Positions 47,148 through 61,400 of a stretch of 64,000 nt of DNA are shown piece after piece. The translations under genes and the position numbers were made by a program. Source of the DNA: Candidatus Hydrogenedentota bacterium (GTDB lineage: Bacteria; Hydrogenedentota; Hydrogenedentia; Hydrogenedentales; SLHB01); the NCBI GenBank assembly GCA_963674865.2, contig CAXXYE010000001.1, forward strand, positions 352,001 to 416,000, given 5' to 3'. The notes under the pieces are model-generated. The model searched no databases, was not told the DNA's origin, and saw only the letters and a program-made list of their open reading frames with translations. The stretch's first letter is position 1. Every line of letters starts with the position of its first letter.

Positions 47148-48591
47148 TCGATTTCGAGGACCTCCAATTGCAGTTGTCCGAGGTAGGCGGCGAGTTTTGG
47201 CCAGTCGCGGATACCGCCGGTGACGAGCTTGACGTGTGTTGCATCGGCGATGCGCTGGCCGAGGGTGGGATCCATCCAGATCCAGCGGCCGGCGTAGACC
47301 TCAGGCCAAGCATGATAGCCGAAGGCGCCGTATTCATCGCTCCACACCAGTCCGAGCACGATGCGCGTGGGAATGCCCGCGGCGCGCGCCAGAGCGGTGA
47401 AGAGGACGGTGTGCTCGTTGCAGTCGCCCTCGCGCGTTTCGAGTACGTCGAGCGCCGAGGGCATGCTGAGGAGCGGGGCCTTCTCGATGTTCTCGTACAC
47501 CCACTGATAGACAAGCGTGGCGCGTTTCCACGGATCCGCTTCATCGCCGACGATTTCGAGGGCCCGGTGTTGGATGCGGGGATGTTCGACCTGAACCAGC
47601 GGCTCGGCTTCAAGCTCCTGCTCGAGGGGCGGGACTTCCGTTCCTGGCGCGGGGGAGGGAGGGGCGGTGATGGTGTATACGCCGGGCGACGTGGTGCGCT
47701 GCGTATCGTCCGTGGGGACGGCGTCGGCGGGCGTCGTTCCGCTCAAGCGGATAGTCATGCGTTTTGCACCGCGGAAGACTGACCGGCCGGTGGGATAGAC
47801 GGCCGTCAGGGCGATCGTGTCTCCCGCGGGAAGTCCGGTGGCGGCCAAGGTGGCCTCGGCGGGACGTATCTTCTCGAGAACAATGCCGAAGGGCGTCTCC
47901 ATGCGGATGACCTCCCCGGACTCGTCCACCCACGCTTTCGATGAGAGCCCGCCGCTCGAGATCGTCACGATGCTCGTGGGGATGTCTTCGCCGGCGGCGT
48001 GGACGACTTCATCGCCTTGGCATTCGACGCGCGCCCTGCCCATGGAGAGCGTAATGGGATCGAAGGTTTCGGCCTCGTAGACTTTTCCCGGCTCCAACCG
48101 CGGCACGTCGAGCATGGCGCCCATGCTGCCCCAAAGCATCAGGTCGTCCTTCACAGGGAGTTGGAGTGGAATGACCTCTCCGGCCGTGTGCACCTTTCCG
48201 TCCAAGCGTCCCTCGCCGATGGTGGCCTCGACGCGCAGGTCGTGTTCGCCGGACTGGACTCGGAACTCGAATTCGGCCTTGCCCGGGTCATCGGGCACCC
48301 AGGCCGAGCCAACGATTAGGATCTCCGAAGGCTGTCCGAGAAAAGTCAGAGCGAGTTTGGCGTTGAGGAAGGTGCTGACGCCTGGGATCCCACGGCGAAG
48401 GCCTGGGGCATTGCGCAAGTTGACGAATCCAACGCGGTTGCCGTCCGCGGTATCGATGCCCATCCAGGTATTGGTGGGCCTCCGTGAGGCGTTCCGGGCG
48501 TCGTTCCACGAATCGATGTGTGATACGAAGATTTCGCGGCGGAGCAGCAGGCCAGACATGACGAGCCAGAAGAGGATGATGCCCGTAACGA

Positions 48592-51366
<2,775 letters not shown>

Positions 51367-51474
51367 ATGTGAATGCTACCATTCATGATAGCAAACGCGT
51401 TCTTTGAGGACAAAAGCCGGGCACGTGTGCCGGCACTCGCAGAAGACTTATGAGAAGCCGCTAGGGGTATACGA

Positions 51475-53520
51475 ATGATCGCATTGTACGTGCTTTCTCT
51501 GGGGGCCTCAGCGGCGATATTCGGCCTCTTTGCCCGGCAGGTGCTCGGGGGGCAAGGCTATGTCCCGGGCTTCATGCAGGGGGTGCTGCTCGCGGGCGCC
51601 GTGGCTTCCGCGTACGCGGGCGTTCAGTTGCTCTACATGGCCCTGCTGCGCTTCATTGCGCCCACACGGGCGCGGAGCGTGCCTATTGCCGAAGGGCTGT
51701 CGCAACTTTCGGCGGTTGTTCTTGTACCTCATCTGCTCCACGTGACGATCCCGTGGCCGGATCCGATTCTTCATCGCGCGGGACCTCTTATCTACATCGC
51801 CGGATTCGCGTTTATTCATTGCTTCTTCAAGTTGATGTCCTTCTTCGCCGGCGTCAAAGGACTGCCCGGCCCTCGCCTGGGCGCGTTGGGTTGGGCGGCG
51901 GCGAGTGCGCTCAGTTTCTTGGCGGCTTTTTCAGGATTTCACGCGTGGTTGCGTCAATCGGAGGAAGCGCGTCCCAAGGCGCCGGAGTCGGTGCAGATCT
52001 ACCGTGTCGGGGATGCCTACGCGCCGGCACGCGTCATGCCGGAGAGGGCCGTGTTGGCGTATTCATTCACAGCGTTTCCGGATGCGTGCCTGACGTTGCG
52101 CTTGGCCAATGTGCCGGAGGTGGACGAGGAGAACCCGCCCCTGGATGACGTGTATGTGGCCGTCACGATGGAGGCGGCTGAAGGCTTCGAAGTCACTGAA
52201 AGGGTGCGGCTTAAGGAAGGCTGGGCGGAGCTGCGAGTGCCACTTGACGCAGGCGGAGAAGGAATCCGGGAGTGTCGCGTCGTATGGAGTGCTACGAAGG
52301 AGCCTCGCTGGCGCAGGCTCATCGGTATCCGGCCCATGGTGAGTTCCCATCGTCGTGTATTGCTTTCCGGGCCGTTCCTGCATGAGTGCCGAGGGGACGA
52401 AGCGGACGCAGTGCAGCGTAGCGTGGTGCTCATCATGGTGGACGGGCTGGCGGCCGGCCACATTTCGGGACTGGGCTGTAAGCGTGAAACCACCCCAGCG
52501 ATGGATCGCGTGATCCGCCACGGCACGGCGTATCCCAATATGTTCGCTCCGGCTCCCGAGGCGAGTGCGGGCTTGATGACCGCCTTGACGGGGCGTAACC
52601 CCTTGATGCACGGTTTCTTAGGCGATGCTCACGGCCCGCTTCCCGAAGGCTTGACCACGCTCGGTGAAGTCATGTCCGAGCGCCACTACGCTACGGCGGC
52701 ATTCACGGAAGGCGAGGCGGGAGGCCTTGGCGACCTGACGTTGCGTTCGGGTGCGGGCCGGGGATTTGAGCTGTTTGATGCAGCCTATGACTCGAACGCC
52801 GGTTCCGCGGCAACGGTGGGCAGAGCCCGGCGTTGGCTCGAAGCGAATGAAGATGTTAAGTGTTTTTTGTTCCTTAGGTTACGCGAGCTTGCCGACTTAA
52901 CCTCGCGAGAGCGCTACGTGCCCGGGTGGGTAGAGGGGCAAGAGAGTCCCCGTGCCGTGGACCTTTACGATAGTGCGCTCAAGTACCTGGACAGGCAACT
53001 CGGGCCGCTCATCAAGGAGGTGCGCGATAGATCGGCGCAGAATCCAACCTGCCTCTTGCTGACGGCGCCTTGCGGGCATGCTTTCTCGCCGGGGGGCGGC
53101 GATGTGACGCCCGGCCTGTCCGAGGAGTGGCTGCGCGTGCCCGCCCTTTTCCAGATGCCGGGGCTTGCGCCGGGCGTGCGACGGGAACCGGCCGCGCTGG
53201 AAGATCTTCCCGCCACGCTGTTGAGCCTTGCGGGGATCGACCCATCGGGCGTGATTCAGGGGCGCAGTCTGTTCGGGACCTCAACCGATCCGGCGGCTAT
53301 CTCGATGTGCGGCAGCCCGTTGACGCTATCGATCCGAACCGAGGAGTGGCGTTATACGTGGGAAACCGGCGCTGTCGGAAGGGTCGCACTCCATCGAGTC
53401 GACGATCTGGTGAAGGGGCGCGTCCGCAATGTCGCCTCGCAGCATCCGGAGGCCGTCGGCGAACTTCAGGCGCAGCTCGACGAATATCTCGCACGCTATG
53501 CCGTTGGGGGCGGCGAGTAG
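51475..53520 (+). CDS. Membrane protein with a C-terminal sulfatase-fold domain lacking catalytic residues
   Basis: About 5 N-terminal TMs, then VVLIMVDGL...TTPAMD...ALTGRNPLMHG...LYDSALKYLD...LRVP. No CxPxR and no SDHG. Confidence 0.7.
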   Translation: MIALYVLSLGASAAIFGLFARQVLGGQGYVPGFMQGVLLAGAVASAYAGVQLLYMALLRFIAPTRARSVPIAEGLSQLSAVVLVPHLLHVTIPWPDPILHRAGPLIYIAGFAFIHCFFKLMSFFAGVKGLPGPRLGALGWAAASALSFLAAFSGFHAWLRQSEEARPKAPESVQIYRVGDAYAPARVMPERAVLAYSFTAFPDACLTLRLANVPEVDEENPPLDDVYVAVTMEAAEGFEVTERVRLKEGWAELRVPLDAGGEGIRECRVVWSATKEPRWRRLIGIRPMVSSHRRVLLSGPFLHECRGDEADAVQRSVVLIMVDGLAAGHISGLGCKRETTPAMDRVIRHGTAYPNMFAPAPEASAGLMTALTGRNPLMHGFLGDAHGPLPEGLTTLGEVMSERHYATAAFTEGEAGGLGDLTLRSGAGRGFELFDAAYDSNAGSAATVGRARRWLEANEDVKCFLFLRLRELADLTSRERYVPGWVEGQESPRAVDLYDSALKYLDRQLGPLIKEVRDRSAQNPTCLLLTAPCGHAFSPGGGDVTPGLSEEWLRVPALFQMPGLAPGVRREPAALEDLPATLLSLAGIDPSGVIQGRSLFGTSTDPAAISMCGSPLTLSIRTEEWRYTWETGAVGRVALHRVDDLVKGRVRNVASQHPEAVGELQAQLDEYLARYAVGGGE

Positions 53521-53566
53521 CGCCCGCGCTATTGCGGGGGAGATGGGACTCAGTCCGAATCGTGTA

Positions 53567-54454
53567 TCACAGGCCGGCCAGTTCGACTTCCCGCTGCTCT
53601 TTCAGGGATAGGTCGAGGGCGGTGAGGACCTTGATGGGCTCGAGGATTTGCTCACGGGAGAGGGGCCACTTGCCGGTCTTCATCGCTTCGATGAAGATCT
53701 GCATGCCGTGGTAGTAGGCGGTGGCGCTATCGATCTCGCGCTGGCTCCATCCGTCTTTGCCGATGGCGAGGATGTGGAAGGGGCACTTCGCCTTGTCGTG
53801 ATGGGGCAAGTTGAGCGTTACGACCGCGCCGCCGTCGAATTTGCAGATCGCCACGACCTTTTGCTCGTGCGAGGTGGCGCAGACGCTCCGACATCCGCAG
53901 TCCCAGACGGCGTTCATCATGTCGGCTGCATGGATTCCGTAAAAGAATATGCCGTCGTACTGGCTTTCAGGATCGGCAGGGCTGCTAACGACGCCGCACG
54001 CCAGGGGGCCGGCGGACTTCTTGAGTTCGGCGATCAGTTCCAGCGTGGCCTGTGAGACGCGAAGCGTGGAAAACGAAGTGAAGCCGATACCGGCGCTTTC
54101 CGCGGCGTCCACGAGACGCGTGGCATCAGCGATATTGCCGGCGAGGGGTTTGTCCACGAATGTGGGAACGCCGGCCTCGATAAAGGGCAAAGCGTACTCG
54201 AGATGCTTGCTGCCGTGCCGCCAGACGCATGCCACACCGTCCACCTGGCCCAACATGGCCTCGGGCGCGTCAACAATGTGGGGAATCTGGCCCTTTTCGG
54301 CGACTTCAGCGGTACGCTCCGGATCCGTGCCGTAAATGTGCGTGACGCGGGCGTCCTCGACGCGCAGGCCGTTGTGTCCTTCCTCAATGTTGGCCAGTCG
54401 CGAGAATGCGATGGCGTGGCTGTTGTCTGAGCCGATGATTCCGAGCTTGAACAT
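53567..54454 (-). CDS. Gfo/Idh/MocA family oxidoreductase
   Basis: LGIIGSDNSH, FVDKPLA and FYGIH. Confidence 0.85.
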   Translation of the reverse strand: MFKLGIIGSDNSHAIAFSRLANIEEGHNGLRVEDARVTHIYGTDPERTAEVAEKGQIPHIVDAPEAMLGQVDGVACVWRHGSKHLEYALPFIEAGVPTFVDKPLAGNIADATRLVDAAESAGIGFTSFSTLRVSQATLELIAELKKSAGPLACGVVSSPADPESQYDGIFFYGIHAADMMNAVWDCGCRSVCATSHEQKVVAICKFDGGAVVTLNLPHHDKAKCPFHILAIGKDGWSQREIDSATAYYHGMQIFIEAMKTGKWPLSREQILEPIKVLTALDLSLKEQREVELAGL

Positions 54455-54621
54455 GCCGTCCTCCCACCGCAGGTTTGTTTATGTACGTGTTGGGGCCGTC
54501 ATTCTACAGGTTTCGGCTCTCGTGCGCATGTTTTCTGAGTGTGCGGAGGATGGAACGATTGCCGCGGAGGAATTGGGGACGCCTTGTGTGGCGATTCTAT
54601 ATCCCGTTGGGAGCGGCGGAC

Positions 54622-55425
54622 TTAGTAATACGAGCCGAGTCCATCCGGGATGATGGGACTCGTCACTTCGATGTTGCTATTCGGGCTCCTGTAGGTCGTC
54701 GTCGAGATGCCGAGGGGGACGCCGTAGTGCTGCCACAGATACTCTCGGCGCGCGGCCTCGGCCTCGGCCTGAGGATCGTAGAAGTCGTAGTACTGCGTCT
54801 CGCCACCCAGGTAGGACTGCTCAAGGATGGCCTGCTGATCCGCCAGAAGGTCTTCTTGCCGGCGTTGCTCTTCGGCCCTCTGCTGGGCCATCCAGGCCTT
54901 GGCCGCGTCCTGTCGACGGCGTATGCCGACACTTATCTGTTGTCTTGCGCGGAGGACTTCCTCACGCTGTTCCTTGGACAGGCTTTCCCATTGCGCTTTT
55001 CGCTCACGGGCGTAGGTCTGCGATGCCTGCCGCATGCGGTCCACCTCGGCTTTATCGTTGGAGATGGGCAAAGGCGCCGGAGCTTCCTCGACGTCGCCCG
55101 GGATGAATCCCTCTTTCTGGAGAAGGCTGCTCAGGAGGGCGCCGTCTTCGAGGCGAATGTCGCCGTACATGAAGCCTCTCGGAGAGACGCGGTCGACAAG
55201 GAGGGTCACCTTCTTTCCCTGCAGCAGCTTTTCGGTGAATGCTTTGCCCGCCGATCTATCCTCGATCTCCACTCCGGGCAGTCCGAACACCTTCTCGCCC
55301 GCGGGCGTCTCAACCTTGACGACGCTCCCCGAAATCACGCCGCTTACCGTGCCGACGACTTCTTCCGCCCAGGCCCCCTGTACCAGCAGCGCCAGAGCCA
55401 GCCACACGACGCCAAACTTCTTCAT
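54622..55425 (-). CDS. Secreted protein with a degenerate thermonuclease (SNase) OB fold and a coiled coil
   Basis: Signal peptide ending AWA, SNase-like scaffold (GKAFTEKLLQGKKVTL...LLQKEGF) and an R/Q/E-rich helix. Confidence 0.6.
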   Translation of the reverse strand: MKKFGVVWLALALLVQGAWAEEVVGTVSGVISGSVVKVETPAGEKVFGLPGVEIEDRSAGKAFTEKLLQGKKVTLLVDRVSPRGFMYGDIRLEDGALLSSLLQKEGFIPGDVEEAPAPLPISNDKAEVDRMRQASQTYARERKAQWESLSKEQREEVLRARQQISVGIRRRQDAAKAWMAQQRAEEQRRQEDLLADQQAILEQSYLGGETQYYDFYDPQAEAEAARREYLWQHYGVPLGISTTTYRSPNSNIEVTSPIIPDGLGSYY

Positions 55426-55600
55426 GACCCGTTCCCTCCTGAAGGCCACGCAAGCAACTTTCTGCGCCTCAATTGTACAATGTTTGCAAGGAAATGGATA
55501 GAAAAACCGGATAATTCCCGGAGCATCTCGTGCTATGCGGGCCTCGCCGGAAGATCCGTGTTATACTCCCGCGATCTCGGCCGGGAAGATTGGTGTAGCG

Positions 55601-58435
55601 ATGATCTGTGCGTCACTTGCGAGTCTTGTGTGGATATGTTCCGGCGTTTTCTCGGCGGGGCCCATTCTGTCGCTTGATCTGACGGAGGGCTGGACCGGCA
55701 AGACGAGCGGGGCGTGGCGCATGCGTGTGGACCACCGGGACCTGCTCGCCATGCGTCATCCCTGGGAGCCGAGCCAAGAGGGTGCGTTTGCCTCGTACCG
55801 CGCCGAGGTGTCCGTGCCCGAGGACTGGCAAGGCCCGGTTTCTCTATCCTTCTACTGCTCCGATGACTACCACACGGACACGTGGCATCCGGATGGATCA
55901 TGGCTGACGGCGGAGGGGTTCATCAGGCACCGGTACAAACGGGTGCTCGTGAACCAGCAGGTGGTGTGGAATGAGGACGTCAGCGATCCGGTGGCCAAGG
56001 GTGTATCGCCTCGGTACCGCGTCGCGCTGCCCGTGAAGCCCGGGGACACTTTCCTGCTCACGCTGCTTGCCTACGATGGGGTGTCTTCGACAACAGCCTT
56101 GGCCGAGGACTTCTACCAATCCGCTAACGATGAGCTGAAGCGCGAGGCCGATCCGAACGCGGCGAACTTCATGACGCACGTATACTGGGGAGATGTGACG
56201 CTCATCGACGGCGATGTGGAACTCGTTCCCGGGAAACGCCTCTCGGAGAGCAAAGTGTTGGCTGTCCATAACAACAGATGGCCGCTGCCGCCCTTCGGCG
56301 AGCCTTGGCCCGGCCGTGTTGCGCGGCTCGATGTGTCGGCGCCTGCCGGTGTGCCGGCGCCGGGATTCCCGTTGCAGTGCGGTGTCCCGCTGCACGCAGG
56401 CAAGGCGCCGGACTTGGACAAGGTCCGCCTGCAAACGCCTGAGGGACAGGCCATACCTAGCCAGAAGGCTGTCTTGGGTGAATGGCCCGATGGCTCCGTA
56501 CGTTGGGCCTTGTTTGACCTCCCAATGACGTCTCGCCAGAAGGTCGTCGACCTCGCCTTTCAGAAGGATTATGGCTCGTTTCAGGAGAAGGTCCGCGTGA
56601 AGTCGCCCGAACCGGACGTCACGCGCGTAGATGCGGGGCGCTTGTCATTCGCGGCGGAGGCCGGGCGAGGTCTTCGCGACGTGTGTTTGCGACGGAAGAT
56701 ACTGGTGAAGGCCGTGGATCTTGTCCTGTGTCGTGGGGATGATCAGATCCCAGCCACCACGGACGGCGTGTCGGTCGTCGTTGACGGCCCCTTTCGCTGC
56801 ACGCTTGAACTCGTGGGGCGCTTCGACACGATGGAAAAGACGGTGGGATCCTATCACCTCTATTGCTCCGCGTATGCGGGGTTGCCCTACCTCAAGTTTT
56901 GGGTACGTCTTTTCAACAGTACGGGCGAGGACTTGCCAGTTTCAGGACTGCGGTTGGAGTTCGACCTGCCTGCCGTGCCGGAAGAGTTGTCCGTGCCGTC
57001 CGGCAGCGTCCAGAGCGTGTTTCGGCTCGTGCAGCAAGATGAGAAGACGCGCCTCCTTGGAGTGACGCCCGTGGACGCTGCCTCTCCGGCGTATCTCGCT
57101 TGGGCGGATGGCGTCATTGCCGTGCGGGATTTCCGTGAACTGTATCCCAAGCTGATGGCGGCGTCCGGCACGAAGCTTGTGGTGGATTTGGTGGCCGGTG
57201 GGCGTGCGCCGGTGGTTTTCACGCCCGGCGAGGCCAAGAGTCATGAGGTGTGGCTGGCCTTAGGCGACGTGGACGCGGCGCAGTTCGCGGCCACGGTTGA
57301 GCGCCCGCCTATTCTCCAGAATGCCGCCTATTTCTGCGCGACTGGGGTGTTGGGGCCCGCCCGCGTGCATGAGGGCGTGCCCGTCCTGGACGAGGCGATG
57401 ATGAATGGGTTCGGCGACAAGCAGTGGGAAGACTTCGGCCAGCGGTTCGGCGTGCGGGACTTCCCTGATTCGCCTTATTATGGGGGCCTGCCCGAGTGGT
57501 CCAACAACTATTATGAGCGGATGCTGAATCTCTGGTCGGAGTGGTTTCTCAGCGGCGATCGGCGCTGGTACGACTTGGCCTTTGATGTTTCCCGCCACAT
57601 CATGGATGTCGCCATCGTGCACTCGGACGTGCCCGGCCATGATTGGCTCGGGGCCATGCACGGCCCCGGCAAGAACCACGTCAGCGGGCCTTGGAATCCG
57701 AATCTTCGTGTGGCGGGTCTTGCGCTGTACGAGAAGCTTACGGGCGATCCTGAGGCGCGGGACGCAGTTCTCGGAGTAGCGGATTTCTGTGTGCAAACGG
57801 ATGCGGGTGTGGACGGCGGGAGTGTGCGTCAACAGGCGGGGCCCTTCGACGCCGTCTGGAGCGCCTTCACGGAAACGGGCGACGTCGCCTACCTCGAAGA
57901 CGGGGCCGGCCGCGTGGAGAGCGTATGGCGTGCGATGGATCGGCGGCGGGGCGTTTGGCCTGACGAACACGGATCGCGCGTGTACCGGGGAAACGTGCCG
58001 TGGATGGTTGCCCAGATCGGCCGCCCGCTCTACTTGTGGTACCGGGCCACGGGCGACGTGTCGGCCGCACAGGCCCTGGTAGGCCTCGCGGAATCGATCA
58101 TCTGCGAGAACACCGATTGGGATCATCCCGGCGTGGTCTCCGGATACTCGCACAATCCTCATTTCAAGGTGAGCGCCGGTTACGACCTGCTGATCACGCC
58201 CATCATCTTTGCGGCCTACGAACTCACCGAGGATCGGTTCTACCTCGATGCGGCCATGGCGCAATGGGATCGCTGGATTGCCGAAAAGGCGCTGGATTCG
58301 CCTTTGAACTGCTACTGGAACACGCCCTGGCTTGTCTGGTACCTCAAGGAATACGGCGTGCTCAAGGCGGAGGGAGAGGACAGCGCATCCGCAATGAAGG
58401 CGGACACGCCAACAGAGACGGCTGCGAGCCAGTAA
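55601..58435 (+). CDS. Secreted PcRGLX/YetA-like (PL26-related) multidomain protein
   Basis: GVPL..G...WPDGSVRWA barrel signature, FTPGEAKSHE, YFCATGV, FGVRDF and WSNNYYE helical-toroid region. Confidence 0.65.
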   Translation: MICASLASLVWICSGVFSAGPILSLDLTEGWTGKTSGAWRMRVDHRDLLAMRHPWEPSQEGAFASYRAEVSVPEDWQGPVSLSFYCSDDYHTDTWHPDGSWLTAEGFIRHRYKRVLVNQQVVWNEDVSDPVAKGVSPRYRVALPVKPGDTFLLTLLAYDGVSSTTALAEDFYQSANDELKREADPNAANFMTHVYWGDVTLIDGDVELVPGKRLSESKVLAVHNNRWPLPPFGEPWPGRVARLDVSAPAGVPAPGFPLQCGVPLHAGKAPDLDKVRLQTPEGQAIPSQKAVLGEWPDGSVRWALFDLPMTSRQKVVDLAFQKDYGSFQEKVRVKSPEPDVTRVDAGRLSFAAEAGRGLRDVCLRRKILVKAVDLVLCRGDDQIPATTDGVSVVVDGPFRCTLELVGRFDTMEKTVGSYHLYCSAYAGLPYLKFWVRLFNSTGEDLPVSGLRLEFDLPAVPEELSVPSGSVQSVFRLVQQDEKTRLLGVTPVDAASPAYLAWADGVIAVRDFRELYPKLMAASGTKLVVDLVAGGRAPVVFTPGEAKSHEVWLALGDVDAAQFAATVERPPILQNAAYFCATGVLGPARVHEGVPVLDEAMMNGFGDKQWEDFGQRFGVRDFPDSPYYGGLPEWSNNYYERMLNLWSEWFLSGDRRWYDLAFDVSRHIMDVAIVHSDVPGHDWLGAMHGPGKNHVSGPWNPNLRVAGLALYEKLTGDPEARDAVLGVADFCVQTDAGVDGGSVRQQAGPFDAVWSAFTETGDVAYLEDGAGRVESVWRAMDRRRGVWPDEHGSRVYRGNVPWMVAQIGRPLYLWYRATGDVSAAQALVGLAESIICENTDWDHPGVVSGYSHNPHFKVSAGYDLLITPIIFAAYELTEDRFYLDAAMAQWDRWIAEKALDSPLNCYWNTPWLVWYLKEYGVLKAEGEDSASAMKADTPTETAASQ

Positions 58436-58457
58436 AGGCTGTGAACCAGCGTCCGGC

Positions 58458-61400
58458 CTACCGTGCCGCCTTGGCGTAGAGTGCGTGGCCGTTTGCGGCG
58501 AGCTTGGCGATTATCCAGGGGGGCGCTTCGGAATCGGCGCAGCGGAATAACACCCTCTGGCTTCCGAAGGGCGGGACATGGACGGGGGCGCGGCGAGGCG
58601 TCACGGACGCTTTGCGGCCGCCGAGTTCCGGCCAGCATTCCGGCGGGATGATGAGTTCGACGTAGCCTTCGGCCGCGAGTCCGCTACGATTGATAGCGGT
58701 GACGCGGAATTCGGTGTCGTTTCGGGAGATCTCGATTGCGAGGGGGGCGTCGTCGAGCGCGAGTAGATCCTGATAGCGGCGGCCGCCGTAGGTTGTCCAG
58801 GCCACGACGCCGCCCGTTTCATCCAGACCTCTGCGGCGGAGTACGAGCACTTCCTGTTCCGCGAATTCTCCGGGCGCAAGGTCGTAGTCAAAGGTGGTGG
58901 GACTGATGGTCCAACCTTCGCTTGCGTAGAGGTGAACCGTGCCCTGCAAGGGCAGGCCAGTCAGATTGTTGGCAATCAGCGCGGTGATCGCGGGGGAGTC
59001 GTCCTCAAGACCTCCGCGCAGCAGCATGCTCACCGGCTGGAAGCCCAGCGGGGCGGCGCCGGAGCCGTGGCGCCAATAGCGCGTGAAAACCGGCCCGTTG
59101 GGATCGATGCTTGGACTCAGCTCGGCGGATTGCCCGCGGGGCGCGCGGGAGGAGGGTGCGATGCCGACTGTCTTGACGTCGAAGGCTGGGACGCGGAGCA
59201 CAATGAGATTCTTGTCGAAGGGAAGCGGGTCGCCGCGGGATTCGAGCGGATTGGATTCCCAGGCGTCGCGCACTGAAGTGAACAGTCGCAGATTCCCCCC
59301 CCACGGGCGGCCGGTCGCTTCGTAGCCGCGGACAGTGATGCCGTCGCGCGGGGCCGGAGTCTGGTCGAGCATCGAGGCGAGGTTGAATCCTGATGGTTTG
59401 AGGGCCGTCAGGATGAAGTCGGCATTCTGAGGCTCCAGGAAGCCCTGCTGGGCGGGAAGGGGGCCGAGGTGCAGGTCCGTGACTGCCCCGACGAACGCTT
59501 CATTGTAGGCGTGGGCGGCCTGGGGCACGCGGGCCTCGCGCCAGGTGTGAGCGAAGGGCAACAGTGCGTAATGGAAGGTGTGCGTCCCCCCGGCGGAGTG
59601 AATGCCCATGTTGTCGCCCTCGGGCGTAGTCCATTGCGCGTCATGCCACAAGCCGAGGACGAGTGTCCCGTCGTGTCCCGTACCGGCCAAAGCCGTCCCT
59701 GGGAAGAGCACTGCCAGGCCGCTATCCGGCTGAACTTGACGTTCGACAGGCAGGAATGCTTCGGGAGGCATGGCGTAGACGCCCGTGGCACGGACGGCTT
59801 GGGCGAATCCCTCGGCCAGTGACACCGTCGTGGTATCCGTATGCCCCGCCAGCAGCAGCGTCGGTACGGGGGGCTGGCCGTCCGGTACGTCGATGTCCTC
59901 GAAAAAGAGCACCGCGCCTTCCGTCATACGTTCCCGGAGGCGCAGAATCGTCCTTTCCGTTAACTGGAGGAAGAGGTGTTTGGAGACGATATTCTGCTCC
60001 GGACTGCCCACGACGACACGCATAGCCGTGCCGTAATTCAGATCGTCGTTAAGGTTGGGGAACTCCGTCGAGTCAGTCCAGATGGTGCTTAGGCGGCGCG
60101 GGCGATCTGTCCACGTGGCCGAGGGAATGCCTCGTGACGCCAGCGCGGCTTGGATTTCCTCGGCCGCACGCCGCAGCGCGGGATTATCTCCGTGGACAAC
60201 GGCGCAGGGCCCCAGCGGGGCCGCCGTGTCCGGCCCGGCCTCGATGTGGTCGTTGGGCGACAAGGCCGCCCATCGCAAGGCCGGCTGCATTCCCGTCCCG
60301 CTCGTGTTAACGCCATCCTCGGTTTGCCAATCGAGCGCCTGCGTCCCTTTGCGGCCCACCACGGCGCCAAAGCGTTCGCCGAAAATGGGCGCCCGGTTAT
60401 CGGCGTTGACTTTGAACGTCGCCGCGAAGCAGTGGCCGCCCGCGTCGACGCCCTCGAAACGGGCTTCACAATCCACGCGCGGCACTCCGCGATAGAGTGT
60501 CACTCGACGTGTGAGTTTGCCGCCGCGGAATGGACTCGTGATGACGGCCTGTTCACAGAGGCCGGATCGGGACACCGTCACCTCGGGTTTGTTCGCGCCG
60601 GCGCGGACAATCTCTCCCGAGGTCCAAAGATCCCGTCCGCCGTGGCTCTTCGATGCGTCCTCGCGCAGGGCCACAATCTCATTGAGAGGGCCTTGGGCAT
60701 GATCTATATCCGTCGCTTTGTCGAAGAGACTTGTGATAGCGCCCGTCTTTCCGTCGATCAGGACGCGAAAGTACTCGTTCTCGATTTGTGCGCCGGGGCC
60801 CTGGGATGGCTTGGGCAGCGCGCCGCGTGGGCGGAGGTAGTAGGTTTTGTATCCCAGGGCCGGCACATCCGTCGCAACGAGCCGCACGCGTGCGCCCACG
60901 AGGCGGTTCCTGCTGACGCGCAGCTCATTCGCCAGGAAAGGCGTGTCCTGTCCCGCATCGTCGAAGATGGCCAATCCGCCGCTCGGGGGTATGTCGATGT
61001 CCAGGTGACAGACATCCGTGCGTGGCCACGAGGAGGGATTGAAGACCACAAGGGCGAGCACGCCTTCGGTTCGGTCGGGTGCTGCCGCGTACACGTCGGC
61101 CTCTCGCGCCATGTACGCGAGGGACTTGTCGCGTACCTCCGCTGCGAGCGCGGCCGCCTCCCGGTAGGCGGCCAAGGCATCGAGATAGCTCCGGGGATGG
61201 CCGCAGAAGCCCAGTGTCGAGGCCGTGCTGTTGTGGAGCAGTTGACGCCACGCCATATCCAAGGCGGCTTCGGGATACGTCGCGCCGAGGAGTCCGGCGA
61301 GTGTCGCCAGCTTCTCGGCGGTCAGTACCAGATTCTCAACGGCGCTGTGCGCTTGTTTCAGGTCCGTTTGCGCCAGCAAGGCACCCAACTGATAGGAATT

